Under the pieces are notes generated by a model. That model ran no database searches. It was not told where the DNA came from and saw only the letters and a list, made by a program, of their open reading frames with translations. From assembly GCA_018985235.1 (NCBI GenBank), contig JADGIG010000038.1, positions 1 through 35,218 on the forward strand: a DNA stretch of 35,218 bases. Reading direction: 5' to 3'. The position numbers and the translations under genes were made by a program. Position 1 is the first letter of the stretch; every line of letters starts with the position of its first letter. Of the stretch, positions 30,435 to 35,218 are shown in pieces. This DNA is from Sanchytrium tribonematis. Its lineage: Eukaryota.

Positions 30435-30818
30435 TTACTCTTCAGACTCTTCCTCTAGATTCATCGCGGCTTCTGCTAGTAATTCTAAAAGATCATTATG
30501 ATTGTTTTGAAGGGCGGTTGTGATGGCACTTTTGCCTGCTTTGTTTGTAATTCTTGGATCTGCACCATATTGTATTAATAATTTTGCTGCGACTTGAGAA
30601 TCTGTCAAAGCACACCAATGTAAGGGAGTATTTTTGTCACTATTAAGTATGTTGGGAGAAATACCGAATTCTAAAAGGTATTTTACAATATCTACATGCG
30701 AATTTGCACATGCATAATGCAGCAAATTACTGCAAGTATTTAACTGATGCTCATGTTTTTGTAATATTTCCAAGTCCCCATTACGCGCTGCAAAGAGCAA
30801 ATCTTCTGTGGGGATCAT
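30435..30818 (-). CDS. YAR1: Ankyrin-repeat Rps3 chaperone-like protein
   Basis: ARNGDL, LHYACANSH, NTPLHWCAL, GADPRITNKAG, acidic tail; same layout as Yar1. Confidence 0.72.
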   Translation of the reverse strand: MIPTEDLLFAARNGDLEILQKHEHQLNTCSNLLHYACANSHVDIVKYLLEFGISPNILNSDKNTPLHWCALTDSQVAAKLLIQYGADPRITNKAGKSAITTALQNNHNDLLELLAEAAMNLEEESEE

Positions 30819-31584
30819 GCAAGGAGTGAAGTCATTGGAAGAATGTTTGGCACAAAATGATAATGATACTTTACTATTATATTTAGATTACTTTATGGAA
30901 GAAGGTCACCTAGAAGATGCTTATAATTTGTGCCTTAAAATGCCACAACAGTCGACTACTATGTATATTTTAGGACAACTAACGTCTGGTAAAGAAGCTG
31001 AGTCATTTTACATTCAAGGCATAGAATACGATATTAATGCTAGGTCTAAAGTTGCTGCATATTTGTCAATTGTTGAAATATACATGACTGACTTATGCGA
31101 CGAACCCGATGCAAGTGAAAAATGTAATTCTTATTTGCAAAATTGCCTGGATCTTCACTATGAGACTGCTGAGCTATATTTCACGCTAGCTGATGTCCGT
31201 ATGTGCCAATGTGATTCTGAGTCCGCACAAACCTCTGTTTTGAAAGCCATTGAGCTATATGTTCCAAAATTTGATGACAACACCATTGAATCAGAACTCA
31301 TACCTTCATATGATTCTCGAATAAAGGGAGCAAAAGTGTGCATCGAACTAAATATGATTGATTCTGCATTTGAAATATTGAAAACTTGTGAACAAGAATA
31401 TGATGAGGACCTTGATTTACTTTATTTAAATTGTTTCTGCTATTTTGCACTTTCCAAGATAGAAGATACAGAAGAAAATCTTGAAAGTTGCAAATCGTAT
31501 CTTCAGAAGCTGCTTCAACTTGATATAGAAAAGGAATATTTGGATGGTATACAGGATATGTTATCCGTATTGAAATTAAATTAA
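30817..31584 (+). CDS. ACL4: TPR assembly chaperone of Rpl4
   Basis: YILGQLTSGKEA, EIYMTDLCDEPDA, TLADVRMCQ, IPSYDSRI. Confidence 0.85.
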   Translation: MQGVKSLEECLAQNDNDTLLLYLDYFMEEGHLEDAYNLCLKMPQQSTTMYILGQLTSGKEAESFYIQGIEYDINARSKVAAYLSIVEIYMTDLCDEPDASEKCNSYLQNCLDLHYETAELYFTLADVRMCQCDSESAQTSVLKAIELYVPKFDDNTIESELIPSYDSRIKGAKVCIELNMIDSAFEILKTCEQEYDEDLDLLYLNCFCYFALSKIEDTEENLESCKSYLQKLLQLDIEKEYLDGIQDMLSVLKLN

Positions 31585-31588
31585 TAAC

Positions 31589-31834
31589 TTATTTATTATT
31601 AAGATTAGCAAAAGTTTCCTGAGCTTTTAAATTTTCTTCCGCGAATCGCATCCCAATGCGTTCAGAGGCTTTCATTATTTTCTGAGCACACGTAATAACG
31701 CATTTTTCTTCGCCAGAATCCAAAATATGAGCGTAAAAAGTAGTGCTGCATTTAGTGAAGCATTCATTTACTATGTCCGAGTACATTTTAAAAAAGTCCT
31801 TCATTTGCTTTTCTTGAAGATCAATTGTTTGCAT
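31589..31834 (-). CDS. TIM9: Small Tim chaperone Tim9
   Basis: KQMKDF..MY, twin CX3C, ERIGMRFAE. Confidence 0.93.
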   Translation of the reverse strand: MQTIDLQEKQMKDFFKMYSDIVNECFTKCSTTFYAHILDSGEEKCVITCAQKIMKASERIGMRFAEENLKAQETFANLNNK

Positions 31835-31891
31835 CTTCTCCAGGTTTCAAAGAGTTGTCCATTTTACGTGTTTTGAGCCACAAGATCAAAA

Positions 31892-32803
31892 ATGAAAATA
31901 AATTTGATAATCATAGCTGGGGTTGCTCTTCAGCTTTTGGCAAGTGTCATTTTATTTGCTGATGTCTGCGCTTTAACAAGCAATGTATTAAATAGCAATC
32001 TTATTCCCTTTCGTCGATGGTGGATTGTATTTTACAATATTGGATGGTCTCTCGGTCTATTATTTATTAAATGGAAAGGGAGAAGCAAGAAGTATAAAGA
32101 TTGGATAATGATTAACACAATTTATCAGTTTATTTTGAATTCTGGAGAGATCAGCGGTCTTCCAAGTATGAATCTTGTAGCCTTGTATGACGCAGGCTTG
32201 TACATCCTTATAATTGCAGAAATCCTCATTATTTTGCATTTGTATTTGCCAAAAGAAGCTTTTATCAAGACAAAATTTATTTCAATTTTGGAAAAAGTCG
32301 AGTTTAATGTACCAAGCATGTCAGATTTTGACGGTACAGCTGAGCCCGCAGAGACTATTGAAAAGACTAAGGAAAAGGAATCTGAAGAGGGAGATAATGA
32401 AGAAGATGAAGAAGACGTTTTACCAGCGGATCCATTCGGGGATGCTAAAAAACGTGCTATGGAAAAAGCTTTCGCAAAAAGCACCCCTGTCAAACAAGAG
32501 CCTGAACTTAAACAAAATGAACCGTTAGCAGCTAAAGAAGAGATCGCTGGATCTAAAGAGTCTTTCAATATAAAAGATTTGGACAATATGTTTGAGAAAA
32601 TTGATTTTACAGTTGATCAAAAAGAAAAAGATGAAGTTTCTGATGAGATTAGCAAGCATGGCGATGCAGGTATTTCTTACTCCGAGCTTGCAAAAATATT
32701 TCCAGCAAAGCCACTTCTTGATATCTTGAGACTGTTAGAATTTGAAGATCGTATTATTTACAGCGAAAAAGTAGAGAATGAGGTAAAATATATTTATTTG
32801 TGA
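31892..32803 (+). CDS. Four-TM membrane protein with Sho1-like N-terminus, acidic linker and non-SH3 C-terminal domain
   Basis: Four hydrophobic segments with WWIVFY, YK, F.LNS and AGLYIL spaced as in Sho1. Confidence 0.6.
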   Translation: MKINLIIIAGVALQLLASVILFADVCALTSNVLNSNLIPFRRWWIVFYNIGWSLGLLFIKWKGRSKKYKDWIMINTIYQFILNSGEISGLPSMNLVALYDAGLYILIIAEILIILHLYLPKEAFIKTKFISILEKVEFNVPSMSDFDGTAEPAETIEKTKEKESEEGDNEEDEEDVLPADPFGDAKKRAMEKAFAKSTPVKQEPELKQNEPLAAKEEIAGSKESFNIKDLDNMFEKIDFTVDQKEKDEVSDEISKHGDAGISYSELAKIFPAKPLLDILRLLEFEDRIIYSEKVENEVKYIYL

Positions 32804-32811
32804 TCAATAAA

Positions 32812-34170
32812 TTATAGTAGATATGCAAAGATTAAGCTTAGCATTATAAAATTATAACTTGATGAATCAGAAGTTGGATAAATTCCATTTTTAAATTCTG
32901 GTTCTGTAGAATAGCTTGTATTTTTGGCTGGTGGCGTGTAAGTAGAAGAATTGGTGTTCTGAAATGCATTGATAATATCTTTAACCATTGAGGTTAAGGA
33001 TTGTAAATTTTGAGCATCCCCTACAACATTTTTGATCAAGCTAACATCAGTTGCTGAAAGCTTGATATTAAATGTGTTTAGCAGCCCATCAATTATAGCA
33101 TCTACTCCTGGAATTTTACGATTTTTAGTAAAGCTAGGAGATCCGGTGCTGTATTTCTTCTTAATATCTGTCACAACAATAATTTTCTTGTTCTCATTGT
33201 AAGATTTTCTTACGTATTCCGGATTCATTCCCATATCTGAAATTCTAGGACTTTGTGGGATATTTGGAATGACTCGATTAGTGGTATTGTATTGTTGTGA
33301 ATTAAGGGACCCTTTTTTGCTTGGGGGTATATATTCAACGCAATAATCTTTTTCCAGCACTTCCATAGTTGTCATTCCAAAATGATCAAGTTTCCAACCT
33401 GCCTCTGGCCAATTTTGTATTTGATCTGGATGCGCTTTTAGCCATATATCTAAGATATAGTCCATAAATCCGTGATGCAACCAGAACAAACCATCAAAGC
33501 AACTGGTTTTGAACCAACTCTGACTTCCTCCGACAAATAAATGAACCAAAAAGTGAGGGGTGTTCAGTAAAGATACGAAGTACTCTGGTGTAGCAGCTGC
33601 GATCCATTGTTCGAAAGAGCTTTCGCCGTATAGTTGGATTTTTAAAGCCACTGGATCTGTTGGTCCTCTACCAATCTTGTACAGCAAATCCTGTGGGAAC
33701 CCGGTGTGACCTTGTCTATCAAATTGACGCTTGACACACTGCCCTTCATTATCAACTAGCCCAACAAATGGACCACTTGGTATGCAAACTGGGTCAAAGC
33801 TGTTGCCATTCCAACTTAATTGACTACCACCAAGAATTGAATCATCCCATACCGAGCTCAATTCGGGAGCTTCGGCATCGTAAATCCAGGGATAATACGG
33901 CAAGATTACTTGGGGGTCGATCTTGATTAGTTCTTCTTCGTACCAGTTGGTAAATTCCCTATGCCAACCCCAGATGTGATTATCTTGATGAATTGTCTGA
34001 TAAGTCCCGTGGATTTTGGTCATTTGAGACAAAATTCCACTTTGGTATAGCGCTACATGAGACTTTTGCCATCTTGTAATTTCTTCATCAGACATATCAA
34101 AAACTGACTTTCGATATTTAATTTTGGCGCACTTACTGAAAGCTATGCTGAGTATTAGAAAGAGAGTCAT
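32812..34170 (-). CDS. Secreted tyrosinase-like type-3 copper protein, probably GPI-anchored
   Basis: Signal peptide from ATG 34170. CuA: KIH, TIH, WHR. CuB: PHFLVH, DGLFWLHH. S/T-rich linker and hydrophobic C-terminus. Confidence 0.88.
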   Translation of the reverse strand: MTLFLILSIAFSKCAKIKYRKSVFDMSDEEITRWQKSHVALYQSGILSQMTKIHGTYQTIHQDNHIWGWHREFTNWYEEELIKIDPQVILPYYPWIYDAEAPELSSVWDDSILGGSQLSWNGNSFDPVCIPSGPFVGLVDNEGQCVKRQFDRQGHTGFPQDLLYKIGRGPTDPVALKIQLYGESSFEQWIAAATPEYFVSLLNTPHFLVHLFVGGSQSWFKTSCFDGLFWLHHGFMDYILDIWLKAHPDQIQNWPEAGWKLDHFGMTTMEVLEKDYCVEYIPPSKKGSLNSQQYNTTNRVIPNIPQSPRISDMGMNPEYVRKSYNENKKIIVVTDIKKKYSTGSPSFTKNRKIPGVDAIIDGLLNTFNIKLSATDVSLIKNVVGDAQNLQSLTSMVKDIINAFQNTNSSTYTPPAKNTSYSTEPEFKNGIYPTSDSSSYNFIMLSLIFAYLL

Positions 34171-34335
34171 CTGTAATTTCCGGTCGGCTGGTATTGAAGT
34201 AGTGAATTTTTTGGTACACAAAATCCTCGGAACAGAAATTCAGGTCTGAATTGTCACAATGAATATCTAAGAGGATGTCACAAAAGGAAAATTTCTGAAA
34301 TATCTGTTGTGTAATTATAATTTTATTTTTTGAAA

Positions 34336-35052
34336 TCAAGCCATATACAATACCGCCAAAGTTATGAATAATAGCAATCCGAATACTTTCAACAAAAGCG
34401 ACCTATTATTGCTGATCGAATTCATATAAGTTAAAAGCTCAGTATGTGCTCCTTCAATGTTGACATCCATTTCATCTATATTTGTATGTATTCTCTGTAT
34501 TTGTTCACGTTGTTGACTTAAGAGCTGGCCCAATTGTCCAAATACACTCGACAAATCTTGCAGAGTATTTTGGATCTGATTCATGGCTTCATCTTGCTGC
34601 GGTTCTTCTGGCATCAGTAATTGAACATGGTCGCCTTGAATTGGTGTGGTATCTTCAAAAGTGGTATTATCCATATAAGAATTTCTAGCAATCGATTTAT
34701 GGGTTTGCTGTTGCTGTTGCTTGGAAAGCAAATTTGCCAGTTGTTGAGAAGGCATTGCCAATTTACTTGTCAACAACTGGGAAACTTTTTGTTGTTCTTT
34801 ATTGCTACTGAGAGTATTCAATTGATTAATCTGACCATGTATTCCGTTTAACTGATGGGCAATTTGCTGCGTATTAAGATTGCCCTGCAACCCATTTTCA
34901 AGCTGTAATGTGATTTGCTCAATACTTTTTAAAATCAACTGAGCTGTTTTAATAAATTGGCTGCTTTCTCTGAATTCTTTTGTAATTGGCATGTGTTTTC
35001 TTCTTCTGTATAGATCGACTAAATTTCCAACTTGAGTAGTTTTGTTCTTCAT
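34336..35052 (-). CDS. SED5: Golgi Qa-SNARE syntaxin-5
   Basis: SNARE motif with QQREQIQRI, NIEGAHTELL.Y..ISNNR and a C-terminal TM. Confidence 0.9.
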   Translation of the reverse strand: MKNKTTQVGNLVDLYRRRKHMPITKEFRESSQFIKTAQLILKSIEQITLQLENGLQGNLNTQQIAHQLNGIHGQINQLNTLSSNKEQQKVSQLLTSKLAMPSQQLANLLSKQQQQQTHKSIARNSYMDNTTFEDTTPIQGDHVQLLMPEEPQQDEAMNQIQNTLQDLSSVFGQLGQLLSQQREQIQRIHTNIDEMDVNIEGAHTELLTYMNSISNNRSLLLKVFGLLLFITLAVLYMA

Positions 35053-35143
35053 AATAATAATTGCTTGTAAGAAAAACTTTTTTCATGTTTCTTGATCGTA
35101 TGATAATTTTTTGGATATATTAATCTTGAGAACCATTATCAAT

Positions 35144-35218
35144 AGCTACGGCCATACACACCTGGAAACACCTGATCCTGTCAAATTTCAGAAGTTAAGC
35201 AGGTGCTGGCATGGTTAG
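35144..35218 (+). rRNA. 5S rRNA gene (5' 75 nt; cut by the window edge)
   Basis: AGCTACGGCCATAC start, GAAGTTAAGC box A region, GGTTAG. Helix II CACCTG/CAGGTG and helix III CTGA/TCAG pair. Confidence 0.9.

Noticed and set aside
32125..32586. Antisense and alternate-frame ORFs in the track (e.g. 417-662, 18013-18321, 29057-29365, 32125-32586)
   Set aside because: They are shadows of well-supported genes, mostly with non-ATG starts and no motifs.
1..35218. tRNA genes, transposons, CRISPR arrays, tandem repeats
   Set aside because: None recognised by eye; the spacers are too short for mobile elements.

Overview
Nuclear DNA from an extremely compact, AT-rich eukaryotic genome. The window holds about 36 protein-coding genes plus the 5' part of a dispersed 5S rRNA gene, with intergenic gaps mostly 0-190 nt. 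The standard genetic code fits. Fungal-type genes (TIM54, NoxR, Bem1-like, Sho1-like, YAR1, ACL4) occur together with flagellar genes (divergent IFT80, enkurin) and complex I (NDUFS4). This points to a genome-reduced zoosporic fungus or close relative; a sanchytrid-like lineage is a guess only. The strongest signal is eight GT-AG introns, all 19-20 nt, with an invariant fused branch-point/acceptor (YTNAY-N-WAG, A at -6), each restoring a conserved protein when removed. Also seen: two start-proximal motifs (AGGAG and TGAAACA) marking different gene sets, AATAAA merged with stop codons, and two ribosomal-protein chaperone genes sharing one CATG as overlapping start codons. All product calls rest on motif recognition from memory, not on database searches.
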